A stretch of 49,292 nucleotides of DNA from positions 1 to 49,292 of IMG/VR virus record IMGVR_UViG_3300017766_003288, one strand, 5' to 3'. The notes below the pieces were generated by a model. The model was not told the origin of the DNA and searched no databases. It was given only the letters and a program-made list of their open reading frames with translations. How positions within the stretch are numbered: the stretch's first letter is position 1; each line of letters begins with the position of its first letter. This DNA comes from a virus. Taxonomy: Duplodnaviria; Caudoviricetes. Below are positions 17,958-27,117 of the stretch, one piece after another. The position numbers were made by a program, and so were the translations under genes.

Positions 17958-18593
17958 TTAGATCCATTCAAGTGCTTCTGCAACCGATGGAAATTGACCT
18001 TTAAAAACTTCTTTGCAAGCAAGTGCAATATCCATGTGTTCTTGCTGCGTCCCATTAGCAGAGCGAAGATTAATATAATGGATCCATGACCTGCAAGAGC
18101 CTGTCATATAGATCCTTGTGGGCGTTGCTAAGGGCAGTACAAACCTTGCACACTCCTTTGCCACCCCGTGAGAAAGAAGTTCCTTGTAGAGGCGCATACC
18201 CTCCGCAAAATGCTCTTGAATTTTACTCTGAAGAGACAGTTTTTCATATTCACCAATATCATCAATACTATTCTGACGATTCTTTGTATCCTGACGACGA
18301 AGATCTGGAACAGGAATATACTCTCCTAGCAAAGAACTATCTGCATACCGTTGCGAAAATTCCTGATAGGTAAAACTCCTATGACGGAGTATTTGTGCTG
18401 CTATACCACGATTAGTTTCAATCTCAAGAGTCATAAAAGACTGTTCAAAAACAGACCAATGATTATGCTTAATACAATAAGCAAGCAACTTGGCATAGTT
18501 TTCGTTGTCTTGATTCGCAGGATTAGAAACTCTAGCAACATATGCCATTGTTTTCTCTGCATCTGGAGTCACGCTAATAAGTTTTACTGTCAT
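17958..18593 (-). CDS. thyX: FAD-dependent thymidylate synthase ThyX
   Basis: HWSVFEQ, QILRHRSFTYQEFSQRY (RHRx7S), AKECARFVLP, TQQEH. Confidence 0.97.
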   Translation of the reverse strand: MTVKLISVTPDAEKTMAYVARVSNPANQDNENYAKLLAYCIKHNHWSVFEQSFMTLEIETNRGIAAQILRHRSFTYQEFSQRYADSSLLGEYIPVPDLRRQDTKNRQNSIDDIGEYEKLSLQSKIQEHFAEGMRLYKELLSHGVAKECARFVLPLATPTRIYMTGSCRSWIHYINLRSANGTQQEHMDIALACKEVFKGQFPSVAEALEWI

Positions 18594-18811
18594 TTCTTTC
18601 CAAATCCTTTTGATGTTTTTGCTTCTATCTGAGCAATTTCTTGTTTTACCACCTTGAGTTGTGATCTCATTTCTTTAATTTTATCTTCTGCATAAAGATG
18701 ATCTTGTTTTACAAGACGTTCAAGAAGTTTTACTAGTTCTTTTGCTCTGCTCACTTTTTGTAATTCTTGCCTTCTAATTTCCGAAATAAGCTGTTTTTCA
18801 AAACTTTTCAT
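18590..18811 (-). CDS. Small coiled-coil hypothetical protein
   Basis: In-operon ORF overlapping the thyX start (ATGA), ends SKGFGKK. Confidence 0.7.
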   Translation of the reverse strand: MKSFEKQLISEIRRQELQKVSRAKELVKLLERLVKQDHLYAEDKIKEMRSQLKVVKQEIAQIEAKTSKGFGKK

Positions 18812-18813
18812 TT

Positions 18814-18987
18814 TTAATCTGGGTACCCATCATCGTCTTCAAAAATTTCATCATAATCTAAAATTGGTTTTTTTCCTATTGGTTTCATAGGACTATAAGC
18901 AGAAATATCAGAATAAACTTCTGCTTTTAAAGAATCTACAAGCAATTCTAGATTACGAACAATAAGTTTTAGTTTTTCTCTATCCAT
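18814..18987 (-). CDS. Small conserved cyanophage protein (57 aa, not in the ORF track)
   Basis: Hand translation MDREKLKLIVRNLELLVDSLKAEVYSDISAYSPMKPIGKKPILDYDEIFEDDDGYPD; lies right after a promoter. Confidence 0.8.
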   Translation of the reverse strand: MDREKLKLIVRNLELLVDSLKAEVYSDISAYSPMKPIGKKPILDYDEIFEDDDGYPD

Positions 18988-19008
18988 ACCTTATAGTTCT
19001 CTTCGTTC

Positions 19009-19037
19009 ATTGTACATAAAAAAAGGGAGGATGTCAA
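19009..19037 (-). promoter_or_regulatory. Sigma70-type promoter for the thyX-phoH-gp33-gp59 operon
   Basis: TTGACA-N17-TACAAT; the -35 box spans the loop of the terminator hairpin. Confidence 0.75.
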
Positions 19038-19045
19038 TCCTCCCC
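19018..19045 (-). terminator. Rho-independent terminator after the riboswitch-controlled peptide
   Basis: Minus strand GGGAGGAT-TGAC-ATCCTCCC-TTTTTTT. Confidence 0.85.
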
Positions 19046-19050
19046 TAAAC

Positions 19051-19134
19051 TCAAATACGAGTTGCCATATAAAGTTGTGCTTCCAGTAGACGCCTCTCTT
19101 TCAGCATTTTTTGTTTAATTAAAATAAGTGCCAT
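19051..19134 (-). CDS. 27-aa basic peptide downstream of the glutamine riboswitch (possibly related to DUF4278 / GS-inactivating factors)
   Basis: MALILIKQKMLKERRLLEAQLYMATRI; AAGGAG Shine-Dalgarno upstream, terminator immediately downstream. Confidence 0.7.
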   Translation of the reverse strand: MALILIKQKMLKERRLLEAQLYMATRI

Positions 19135-19164
19135 TAATTTGCTCCTTTACTTTTTGGGTATTGG

Positions 19165-19209
19165 TGCGTTGCTTCCCGAATGGTACTTCCGTCACAGTTG
19201 TGATCAACG
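19165..19209 (-). ncRNA. Glutamine-I riboswitch (glnA RNA motif)
   Basis: Minus strand CGTTG-A-TCAC-AACT-GTGA-C-GGAAGTA-CC-ATTC-GG-GAAG-CAACG-CA: P1 CGTTG/CAACG, P2 TCAC/GTGA, E-loop AGTA/GAA in P3. Confidence 0.85.
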
Positions 19210-19233
19210 TATTATAATTTATAACAATTTTTT

Positions 19234-19249
19234 TGTATAAAATGTTACA
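19234..19249. promoter_or_regulatory. NtcA binding site
   Basis: TGTA-TAAAATGT-TACA = (T)GTA-N8-TAC(A), ~25 nt upstream of the riboswitch; -10-like TATAAA/TATAAT boxes at 19211-19223. Confidence 0.7.
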
Positions 19250-19271
19250 ATTTTTAAAAATCTTAAGAGGT

Positions 19272-19306
19272 AAAAAAAATGCCGGGAAAATTTTCCCAGC
19301 ATTTTT
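19272..19306 (-). terminator. Palindromic terminator closing the nrdC operon
   Basis: AAAAATGCCGGGAAAA/TTTTCCCAGCATTTTT; the one mismatch is a G-U pair in the minus-strand RNA, followed by a U8 tract. Confidence 0.75.
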
Positions 19307-19310
19307 GAAA

Positions 19311-19679
19311 TCACTTTCTCTTTTTCTTTTGAGGCTTTTGATATCCCCAGAGTTTTGGATTAATTCTACCGTATCCAAACTCAATACTTTTTAAATTATC
19401 ACGAAACTTATCCCAATACATATCAAACAGACGAGTTTTAGATCCTCTAGTCAAATCAAAACAAATCTTATCATCTACATTGTATTTTACAATATATGCA
19501 TCGTTAGGAGCTTCTTTTGTACACACTTCAGCATATGAACCATTTTCAATCATTATGTCACATCCGTAACGTGATTTGCAAGATTCTTTTTCTACAGATG
19601 TCCAATGTTCCATATGCTTTACCTCACTCTGAGATTTCTCAATTACTTCATGAAGTTTACTCACGAACGACCACCCCAT
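19311..19679 (-). CDS. Conserved cyanophage hypothetical protein
   Basis: PNDAYIVKY...DLTRG....LFDMYWDKF...I..GYGRINPKLWGY; start uncertain. Confidence 0.75.
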   Translation of the reverse strand: MGWSFVSKLHEVIEKSQSEVKHMEHWTSVEKESCKSRYGCDIMIENGSYAEVCTKEAPNDAYIVKYNVDDKICFDLTRGSKTRLFDMYWDKFRDNLKSIEFGYGRINPKLWGYQKPQKKKRK

Positions 19680-20263
19680 TTAATATCAGGAAAAGCTTCA
19701 GAAACAATTTCTTTGGTTATTTTATACCTTGTTTGAAGTTTTTTATCCTTAACAAGAATTAACATTTCCGCTTCAAGAGGATGAAGTCCTTGAAGAATAT
19801 TAATGAACATAGTTTCTCTGCGAAGAGAACTCAATCCATCATTTCCACCTTTGATGAAATTATAAAATTTTTGATATTCTTTACGAATAGAAGATTTACC
19901 TTGATCATTTGCACCAAGAGAGGTCGTATTTAATTCCGACATCTTTGAAACTGCATCATCAACTTTTTGACTTATAGTTCCACTAAAAGAATTTTGCTCA
20001 CCAACGCTTGCATATGGAACTGGACCATCTGGTAATAAAGAAATTACACTCTCATCAAAGTTCCAAATAAAAATAGCTTTCAATGAATTATCACCATATT
20101 TTCTAAGAAGTTCAACTTTCTTAGCATTTGCCCTTTGCTTTGAAACCAAATTCAAAACTTCAAAAGCAAAGGGATTAATTGGCAAATTATCACTTACTGA
20201 ACTAATAGATTGTTTAGTAGTAGGTGTTTTACTCTTCGTCTTCGTTGTCGTTTTCGTTGTCAT
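19661..20263 (-). CDS. Conserved T4-like phage hypothetical protein
   Basis: EVL......KKVELL...WNFDESV.SLLP.G.VPY...RRETMFI.IL.GLHP.EAE.LILVKDK.L. Confidence 0.8.
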   Translation of the reverse strand: MTTKTTTKTKSKTPTTKQSISSVSDNLPINPFAFEVLNLVSKQRANAKKVELLRKYGDNSLKAIFIWNFDESVISLLPDGPVPYASVGEQNSFSGTISQKVDDAVSKMSELNTTSLGANDQGKSSIRKEYQKFYNFIKGGNDGLSSLRRETMFINILQGLHPLEAEMLILVKDKKLQTRYKITKEIVSEAFPDIKWGGRS

Positions 20264-20465
20264 AATCGTAATCAGTATTTTCAAATCTAAAAGCTATAAC
20301 TTCATCAGGAATAATATTCCCTTGAGTATCAAACATTTCTGGATGAAGTCTTGGGATTTCCCGATAATTCATCATATATTCTCTAGCAACCCATCCCGTC
20401 ACTAATCCAACTATAAGAAATAATATTGTTAGAAAGGAACCAAATACTAAACTAACTGCTACCAT
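20229..20465 (-). CDS. Small membrane protein
   Basis: N-terminal hydrophobic helix, HPEMFD..GNIIPDE motif, GGAG SD upstream. Confidence 0.75.
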   Translation of the reverse strand: MVAVSLVFGSFLTILFLIVGLVTGWVAREYMMNYREIPRLHPEMFDTQGNIIPDEVIAFRFENTDYDYDNENDNEDEE

Positions 20466-20485
20466 TTCTTTTCTCCGGGAAACTA

Positions 20486-20659
20486 CTATTTTTTCCTAAA
20501 AAGGAAGGAAAATTCAAAATAGACGGTCAATTCCCGATTGAGAAAGCAAACCATCTTTTCAAAAATGACGTGGAAAGGTTTTATTTGCTTTCTTTTTCCC
20601 CCATTAAGAACAAATTCAAGGCCACGATTTTTGTGGTATGAATTATTTAGGTTCGTCAT
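20486..20659 (-). CDS. Small hypothetical protein (57 aa, not in the ORF track)
   Basis: Hand translation MTNLNNSYHKNRGLEFVLNGGKRKQIKPFHVIFEKMVCFLNRELTVYFEFSFLFRKK; ATGA-coupled to the nrdC stop and fills the gap. Confidence 0.65.
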   Translation of the reverse strand: MTNLNNSYHKNRGLEFVLNGGKRKQIKPFHVIFEKMVCFLNRELTVYFEFSFLFRKK

Positions 20660-20892
20660 AAAATATTTTTTTCTTGAAGATATTTTACAGTATCAGTGCA
20701 TCCACCGATATGATTATCATCACAAATAACTTGAGGAAATGTAGACCCTTCCCCAAACTCTGCGTAAAATTCATCCCTTGTAAAATCTTCTCCCAAATTA
20801 TACACCACAAATTGATGTTTAGTCAACTCCAAAACTTGTTTAACTTTTTGGCAATAAGGACATCCGTCCTTAGAATATACAGTGAAATTCAT
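20656..20892 (-). CDS. nrdC: Glutaredoxin
   Basis: YSKDGCPYC, TFPQV, IGGC.D. Confidence 0.93.
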   Translation of the reverse strand: MNFTVYSKDGCPYCQKVKQVLELTKHQFVVYNLGEDFTRDEFYAEFGEGSTFPQVICDDNHIGGCTDTVKYLQEKNIL

Positions 20893-20895
20893 AAC

Positions 20896-21723
20896 TCAAA
20901 ATCCCTCCTCGTCCCAAGCAGATACTTTTAAATACTCGTCAAAATTAAAACTAAATCCAGATCTTCTCCATCTAACCCACTCAAGATTTATAACACTTTT
21001 AGGAAAAGATTTAAAAACTTTTCTTGTTATTTTATCACTAATTGCCTTTACATGATACCAATAAATTGCATTATCATATAGATGCTCTTTTGGAAGTAAA
21101 AGAAATCTATTAATTTGCTCTTCAAAATTAGAACAATAATGAGCTCCTATGTAAGTTTCACTTCTAATAAAGTGGTCAACATACCAACCAAGTCTATCCT
21201 TAGGAACCCTAATAGTATCAACTAAACTATTCTGCTCTAAAGGAATATCAAACAACTCAATCAGATCATCAGTATGACCCCAGTAAATATGATCTCTAGT
21301 AGCAAAAAGATATCTAGGATAATGTCCTGCCACAAATATCCTGTTATATGGTTTTTTATCATTATATGTATAATGAATATTTTTTTGATTATTCTTTAAG
21401 AAGAAGTCATACATACCTATCATACTTTCATAGGTAAACTTCTGATCCGATCTTACCTTAACAGAATAATTAGTTTCGCAAGCCTTTAAACCGTTCAAAG
21501 AAGAAACGATCTGCATATTTTTATTGTCAGTTCCAGGAGAAATTGGATATTTACTCCTAACAAATTTTACCCGTCTTTTTGGAATGGGCATCTTGTCATT
21601 TTCCCAACAGGAAATAATTACATTATTGACAAAAGGAAGTTCTAAATAACATTCTGCCACATAATCAGTGTAGTCTGTATAAGGTCCCTGAACAACGATA
21701 TCAATTTTTTCTGAAAAATCCAT
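20896..21723 (-). CDS. WavE-like lipopolysaccharide synthesis protein
   Basis: IVVQGP, IISCWE, NKNMQIVSSLNGL, VKVRSDQ, DHIYWGHTDDL. Confidence 0.75.
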   Translation of the reverse strand: MDFSEKIDIVVQGPYTDYTDYVAECYLELPFVNNVIISCWENDKMPIPKRRVKFVRSKYPISPGTDNKNMQIVSSLNGLKACETNYSVKVRSDQKFTYESMIGMYDFFLKNNQKNIHYTYNDKKPYNRIFVAGHYPRYLFATRDHIYWGHTDDLIELFDIPLEQNSLVDTIRVPKDRLGWYVDHFIRSETYIGAHYCSNFEEQINRFLLLPKEHLYDNAIYWYHVKAISDKITRKVFKSFPKSVINLEWVRWRRSGFSFNFDEYLKVSAWDEEGF

Positions 21724-21726
21724 ATG

Positions 21727-23070
21727 TTAAAATCCTAAATGTTTTCCTCTTACAAAATTTAAATCATAAGTCGTATAATTTAATGGAAGCTCCTTATTAT
21801 TAAAAGGATACTTATAAGGGTTAGTATCAACCCAATCTATTCCTTTGTGCCACTCTGGACCCCACTTAGAATACATATATGAAACTTCATTAACATAACG
21901 ACTATGATATAATTTATCCTTCAGTGAAGGATCTTCTCTCCAAGTTTGAGATCCTGTGGTCTCATAATCTTTTTCTCCGTGCAGATAATGAAGATCTGCG
22001 TTTGCTCTTTTCACTCCCTTGAGCATTGTTCTTATAAAATAATCACAATCTTCCACATAACCTGGATAGAAATTTTCATCAAATAATCCACATTCCTGAA
22101 CTACCCAATCCTTTAAAAGAAATATATCCCAAGCTCCACGATTTCCACCGTGGACAATACCAACATCTTTATCATCAGCTTTGGAAATAAAATTTTCTAA
22201 AAATCCAGGAGTAAATGCAACATCATGACTTGAAATAATCCAATATGGACATTTCATAGCACACTTAATTATCATATTCCAAGATCCAGCAACTCCAATA
22301 TTTGCTGGAAGATGGCACACCTTTATTTCTTTAATGAAAGGATGTGGTTTTTTTGCCAGATTGTCTAGATCCTCAGTCAGTTCACCTCTACCATTATTAT
22401 CAAATATAAAAACCTTATCTGTAGGATAATCTATACTATCAATAAGTCTTTGAACCCAATGAAATCCATTTACTATGGGAATTCCAATCATAGGAATAGA
22501 CTTGTTTTCTTTTACTTTTATTTTAATCTTACCCTTTTTAAATCCATAAAAAACCAAGTTTTTTGATTCATCATCAATATTAAAATAAAAATCATCAAAA
22601 TGATCTTCAAACTTAATATGATTATAGAAATCATTTTCGGTTAAATTTTTATAATAATCATCCCATACATCTTCGGTTTCTAGTGGAATATTTTCCAAGG
22701 TTTTTTTAATATGTTCTTGGTCGGAAGTGTTTTCTGTAGAACAAGTAAAAAATACAAGTCCTCCAGGAACACACATCCTAATCATATTTTTAAATGTTTC
22801 AATCCAATCTGGATTATATTCAAAAGAACCTAATGAACAGATAACATCATAAGTTTCGTTAGGAGCTCTATAATTTTTACCATTACAAACGACATCTACA
22901 CAGTCTCCACTCCTAACATCAATTCCAACATATAGGCATCTTTCAAAAAAATTTCTTATAGACCCATTAATGTTTAAACTTCCAACTTCTAAAACACTTT
23001 TATCTTCAAAAAACTCTGGATGCTTTTCTTTTAAGTTACTTACAAAATTTACTTGATGATTATATGTCAT
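21727..23070 (-). CDS. SAM methyltransferase + GT2-like glycosyltransferase fusion
   Basis: N-terminal VLEVGSLNING...YVGID...VDVV; C-terminal NIGVAGSWN, SHDV, GLFDENFYPGYVEDCDY. Confidence 0.8.
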   Translation of the reverse strand: MTYNHQVNFVSNLKEKHPEFFEDKSVLEVGSLNINGSIRNFFERCLYVGIDVRSGDCVDVVCNGKNYRAPNETYDVICSLGSFEYNPDWIETFKNMIRMCVPGGLVFFTCSTENTSDQEHIKKTLENIPLETEDVWDDYYKNLTENDFYNHIKFEDHFDDFYFNIDDESKNLVFYGFKKGKIKIKVKENKSIPMIGIPIVNGFHWVQRLIDSIDYPTDKVFIFDNNGRGELTEDLDNLAKKPHPFIKEIKVCHLPANIGVAGSWNMIIKCAMKCPYWIISSHDVAFTPGFLENFISKADDKDVGIVHGGNRGAWDIFLLKDWVVQECGLFDENFYPGYVEDCDYFIRTMLKGVKRANADLHYLHGEKDYETTGSQTWREDPSLKDKLYHSRYVNEVSYMYSKWGPEWHKGIDWVDTNPYKYPFNNKELPLNYTTYDLNFVRGKHLGF

Positions 23071-23079
23071 ATGCCACTA

Positions 23080-26000
23080 TTATTCAATATTAATCTTAAG
23101 TTTTTTAAGGTTTTCTTCAAGTTGTTTTTTATGATGCTCATTGATTTCATAATTATTTTTAATGTCTAAAAGTAACTCTTTTGCCTCATTAACTTTACCC
23201 CACCACCAAGCACCAACTGCTTTCTCAAATAATAATCCATATTTTCCAGGATATTCAACACAAGTTTTAAGAGGTCTTGAATTAAAATCAGAGTATTTTA
23301 ATCCTCTATCAGCATGAATATAACAATCCTGCCACCACTGCCTTCTTTCAGCAAATCTACTCAATAAGAAATAAGCTTCTGGTCTTTCTGGCATTAGGCA
23401 TAAAGCTTGCTCTAATAAAGATTTTGCACTTCCATCTCTAGTTCCTTGCTTCTGATAACAGTAAGAAGATCTAATCAATGCTTCGTATGCAAGATTATTA
23501 TCGGTTGCTCTCTCAGCACACCTCAAAAAATAAGATAATGCAGGAGCAGTATGCCCCTCATCTTCATACCACACCCCAAGATTAAAATTATTCTCAGCAT
23601 TTTCAGTATCTAAAGAATAAGTATTCAGAAGTTTTGTTAACTCTTCATTTTTACTATTTTTTAAATCAGCAATATCTGGAATAAGATATTGTTCAACTCT
23701 AGGAAGACTGAAAATTATTGGCGGCAATTCTAAGATAGAATACTTTTTCAAAATAACTTTGAAATTTCCATAGCAAGAGTGTCCACCATCTTCAAAGACA
23801 TAATTTTCAATATATTTTATAAGTTCATTATAGTCATAACCAGATGCTAATGACGAAATAAAATCATTTTTAATATCACATAAAGTGTTAAACTTCTCAA
23901 TTCTATTTTGGTTAGATCCCATCCAACTAAAATGCCAACCTAAATCCTGACAAATTTCTCCTCCATGAGTTACATATTTAATTTCATATCCTTTTCTAAG
24001 GAATTCAGATCTAATATGTGTGGCAGGATTTTTTTCCAGAACTCCTTTAGTACATACGAACATAGATCTATCCCAAGGATAAATCTTTGAATTTAAATAA
24101 TGAACTCTATAGTCTGCTCTACCCTCAAGATTTACCAAAGGAATTTTAAATACAAAATCCTTATTTGACCTTGCTATATTAGCAACAAACTTTACATTAG
24201 TAGAATTGATAATCTCATCACAATCACTAACTATAAAGACGGTTTCTTCATCAAATTCATCTAAAAGATTATTTAAATAATCTCTCTGAATTCTTTCTAT
24301 GCTACCTGTTTTTTGATTAGGATTATAATTCAAATCAAAGGTAGTTGGATCTCCAGGATCAGAAAGATCAATTTCAATAACTATAATTTTATTTTTAGGT
24401 AATCCAAGTTCATTAATTACTTTATTGCAAGTAAATTCTTTTGGAGTTCCATCATGTGTATAATTACCTTCAAAGATTAAAAATAAATCGACCTGATCTT
24501 TTAATAGTTTTACCCTAAGTTCAAGTAATTCTTTTTCATTATTATATTGAAAACAATCCACTACATTGTGAACCTTTTCATATGGAGAAATACTTGTCAT
24601 ATTTACTTTATAATCATTTTTTCTATCTTTAATATCATACTCTGTGTTTTTTGTTTTGTCAATGAGAATTTTAGAAATGTTCTCATCTACAACATCAATA
24701 GAAGATGTTTTTCCTTTCCACCATTCTAAGACTTTTTGCTGAGACACATAATGATTTTTCTTTTGACCATCTTTCACATCATCATCTTTTCCTACAAAAG
24801 TAGATTGGAACTTAACTTCTTCTACAAATAAAGGTATAGTATAACACTTTCCTAAACTAGCAAAAAGAATGTTCTCAATCAAAGGCATAGTAGTTTGATT
24901 GGGTATTTCAAGACAGTACCCATCATCACGAATAAAAGTATCAATTAATCTCTTTGCATACTTACGTTTAACAATATAAGCAGATGCACCCCAATCATCC
25001 CAATATCTCTCACGAAGTTCAAATGTATCATATTCTCCACGAATAGTAAACATCTGAATACAATCAGCGTCCGAAGGAATACTATCAATAAATTCTTTCC
25101 AAGTAAAATCCCAATAATCAACAGTTTCTAAACTTAAATCATCCTCGCAGAAGAATCCATAGTCATCATCTGTAGATTCATACCATTCTTTTATTGCTTT
25201 TAAATGAGAAACAACACATCCTGTAGTGCCTTCATTTAAACTATCAAGATACTTTCCATAGACTACATCATCACACTCAGAAAATCTTTTTGAAATAATT
25301 CCTTTAAGACTAACTCCATAAAATCCAAATTGAGATTCAAGATTATCTCTTCTCTCCAAGCTTTCTTCCAATGAAACATAATAAGAAGAAGGAAATCCAT
25401 CAAGTTTATTGTTAGTTAATTTTTTAGCAAAATAATTTTGATCGTCAATATTAGTCACATTCCATTTTGTTTTAGATTTAACATAGAAATTCTTTATTTC
25501 AGAACACATTTTCTTATTATTATCAATGTGTTTTTGTGCAATAAAATACTCTGTTTGCCATTTATATTCACAATCAGGCATTTTTTTTAATTTATCATTT
25601 GATTCAGATTCAATAAACCCTTTAAAATTCTCAAATCTCTTATGATCTGAATGAGGAATATGAATCATATTATAATCATATTTCAATTTAACATGATCCA
25701 ACCCATACAATTCCAATCTTTGGCATATTTCATCATCTTCAAAAGCATAATACTTAGTAAAAGTTTCATTATATCCACCAATACTAAGTAGATTTTCTTT
25801 AGAAACAAAAAGCATTCCTGTCAAAAATTTATAGAAATGAGAATACGTATTAACATATTCTGCTATTTCTTGTATTGTCATATTATTAATATCAATTACA
25901 GAATTTCCAGTATTAGGATCTATAAACTCTGGACTTTCATGTTGTTGATTTCCCGAAACAAAAGAAGATTCACTTGGAATATAATTTTCAAAAAAATCCT

Positions 26001-26283
26001 TATAAGGATTAATAATATAATCAGTATCTAACTTTAAAATATAGTCCCCAGTAGCCATACTAAGAGCTAAATTTAAAGGTTGAGGCTGATTGAAATATTT
26101 TTCGTCCTCAACTCTTACAATTTTAATTCTTTTATCTAACTTTGTTAGATAGTTAATTGGTTCATCAGAATTCCAATCAACAATGATAATTTCTTTGATT
26201 TGATCACAAAGTAACCAGGATGACAAGGATACTTTAAGAGCATTAGCACGATTTTTACACGCACAAATTACTGAAACGTTCAT
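23080..26283 (-). CDS. Multidomain glycosyltransferase (GT2/GT7 + GT25 + GT17 + TPR)
   Basis: IIVDWNS/KLDTD/GGYNE..FEDDE; VSLEES.ERR/GCVVSHL/FCEDD; DCF.YNNE.ELLELR/SDCDEI/GWHFSW; C-terminal helical TPR-like repeats. Confidence 0.8.
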   Translation of the reverse strand: MNVSVICACKNRANALKVSLSSWLLCDQIKEIIIVDWNSDEPINYLTKLDKRIKIVRVEDEKYFNQPQPLNLALSMATGDYILKLDTDYIINPYKDFFENYIPSESSFVSGNQQHESPEFIDPNTGNSVIDINNMTIQEIAEYVNTYSHFYKFLTGMLFVSKENLLSIGGYNETFTKYYAFEDDEICQRLELYGLDHVKLKYDYNMIHIPHSDHKRFENFKGFIESESNDKLKKMPDCEYKWQTEYFIAQKHIDNNKKMCSEIKNFYVKSKTKWNVTNIDDQNYFAKKLTNNKLDGFPSSYYVSLEESLERRDNLESQFGFYGVSLKGIISKRFSECDDVVYGKYLDSLNEGTTGCVVSHLKAIKEWYESTDDDYGFFCEDDLSLETVDYWDFTWKEFIDSIPSDADCIQMFTIRGEYDTFELRERYWDDWGASAYIVKRKYAKRLIDTFIRDDGYCLEIPNQTTMPLIENILFASLGKCYTIPLFVEEVKFQSTFVGKDDDVKDGQKKNHYVSQQKVLEWWKGKTSSIDVVDENISKILIDKTKNTEYDIKDRKNDYKVNMTSISPYEKVHNVVDCFQYNNEKELLELRVKLLKDQVDLFLIFEGNYTHDGTPKEFTCNKVINELGLPKNKIIVIEIDLSDPGDPTTFDLNYNPNQKTGSIERIQRDYLNNLLDEFDEETVFIVSDCDEIINSTNVKFVANIARSNKDFVFKIPLVNLEGRADYRVHYLNSKIYPWDRSMFVCTKGVLEKNPATHIRSEFLRKGYEIKYVTHGGEICQDLGWHFSWMGSNQNRIEKFNTLCDIKNDFISSLASGYDYNELIKYIENYVFEDGGHSCYGNFKVILKKYSILELPPIIFSLPRVEQYLIPDIADLKNSKNEELTKLLNTYSLDTENAENNFNLGVWYEDEGHTAPALSYFLRCAERATDNNLAYEALIRSSYCYQKQGTRDGSAKSLLEQALCLMPERPEAYFLLSRFAERRQWWQDCYIHADRGLKYSDFNSRPLKTCVEYPGKYGLLFEKAVGAWWWGKVNEAKELLLDIKNNYEINEHHKKQLEENLKKLKINIE

Positions 26284-26316
26284 AAACAACTCAAAAAATA
26301 ACTATTTTTAATATAA

Positions 26317-27117
26317 CTATATAGAAATCCATTCGGGACAATATAAATCACTAGTGTCCCAATCAGATAGGTCTCCCGAAAACCATTTCTTAGGAGCAAC
26401 AACTTTCTTAGAGTCTGCCAACCAAGCACCCCACCAACTATAAGAACTGTTGGCAATGACATGATACTTACACAAACTCATTAGACATAAATCAACTAAA
26501 GTATTATTAGATTTTGATATCTTAAATCTTTCATTCTTAAAGAAGAATTGTTTTTCACACCAATCAGGATCATCAGAAAGAACAATCACAGGAAGATCTA
26601 AATCTAAAACTTCAAGTGCCTGTTGATAATAATTAAAATCTAATAATGGAAAGTTTGGATCAGTAACATAATCACTCCTTCGAATATGTAAAGCAATTAC
26701 TTCTGATTTATCAAACACACCATCAACATAAGTTTGACACATCTTTTGTGTAAAATTAGGAAACTTAAAGTCTTCTCTTATTTCATCCTCTATGTGCTTA
26801 AAATACTTTTCTGTTTGTAGGTATCCAAATAGATTACTATTATCTGGAAAATTATAAAACAATTTTTCATCAAATGTAAATGATGATTCTTCTATGGTAG
26901 AAAAATTAGTCATTTGAACCATATTGTTTATTATATTTGGGAAATTATATAAGTTCACATCAGATGCCTGAACTCTTTCATCATTAGTCCCAAATATACC
27001 AGATAAAGGAATACAAAAATCATAGTTATGATATCTTGCAATCCCCTTTAAACCAGCATATTGGAACATTTGATTTCCCAATCTACCTTTATTTCCAAGT
27101 TTATTAAATGAAATCAT
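26317..27117 (-). CDS. GT11 alpha-1,2-fucosyltransferase-like
   Basis: GRLGNQMFQYA, GYLQTEKYF, HIRRSDY, SDDPDWC, IANSSYSWWGAWL. Confidence 0.9.
   Translation of the reverse strand: MISFNKLGNKGRLGNQMFQYAGLKGIARYHNYDFCIPLSGIFGTNDERVQASDVNLYNFPNIINNMVQMTNFSTIEESSFTFDEKLFYNFPDNSNLFGYLQTEKYFKHIEDEIREDFKFPNFTQKMCQTYVDGVFDKSEVIALHIRRSDYVTDPNFPLLDFNYYQQALEVLDLDLPVIVLSDDPDWCEKQFFFKNERFKISKSNNTLVDLCLMSLCKYHVIANSSYSWWGAWLADSKKVVAPKKWFSGDLSDWDTSDLYCPEWISI

Noticed and set aside
17688-17960. Pho box upstream of phoH
   Set aside because: No convincing tandem repeat; phoH is internal to an operon
19115-19384. 89-aa ORF spanning the riboswitch region
   Set aside because: Crosses a terminator, NtcA box and riboswitch; the 27-aa ORF with a strong SD fits better
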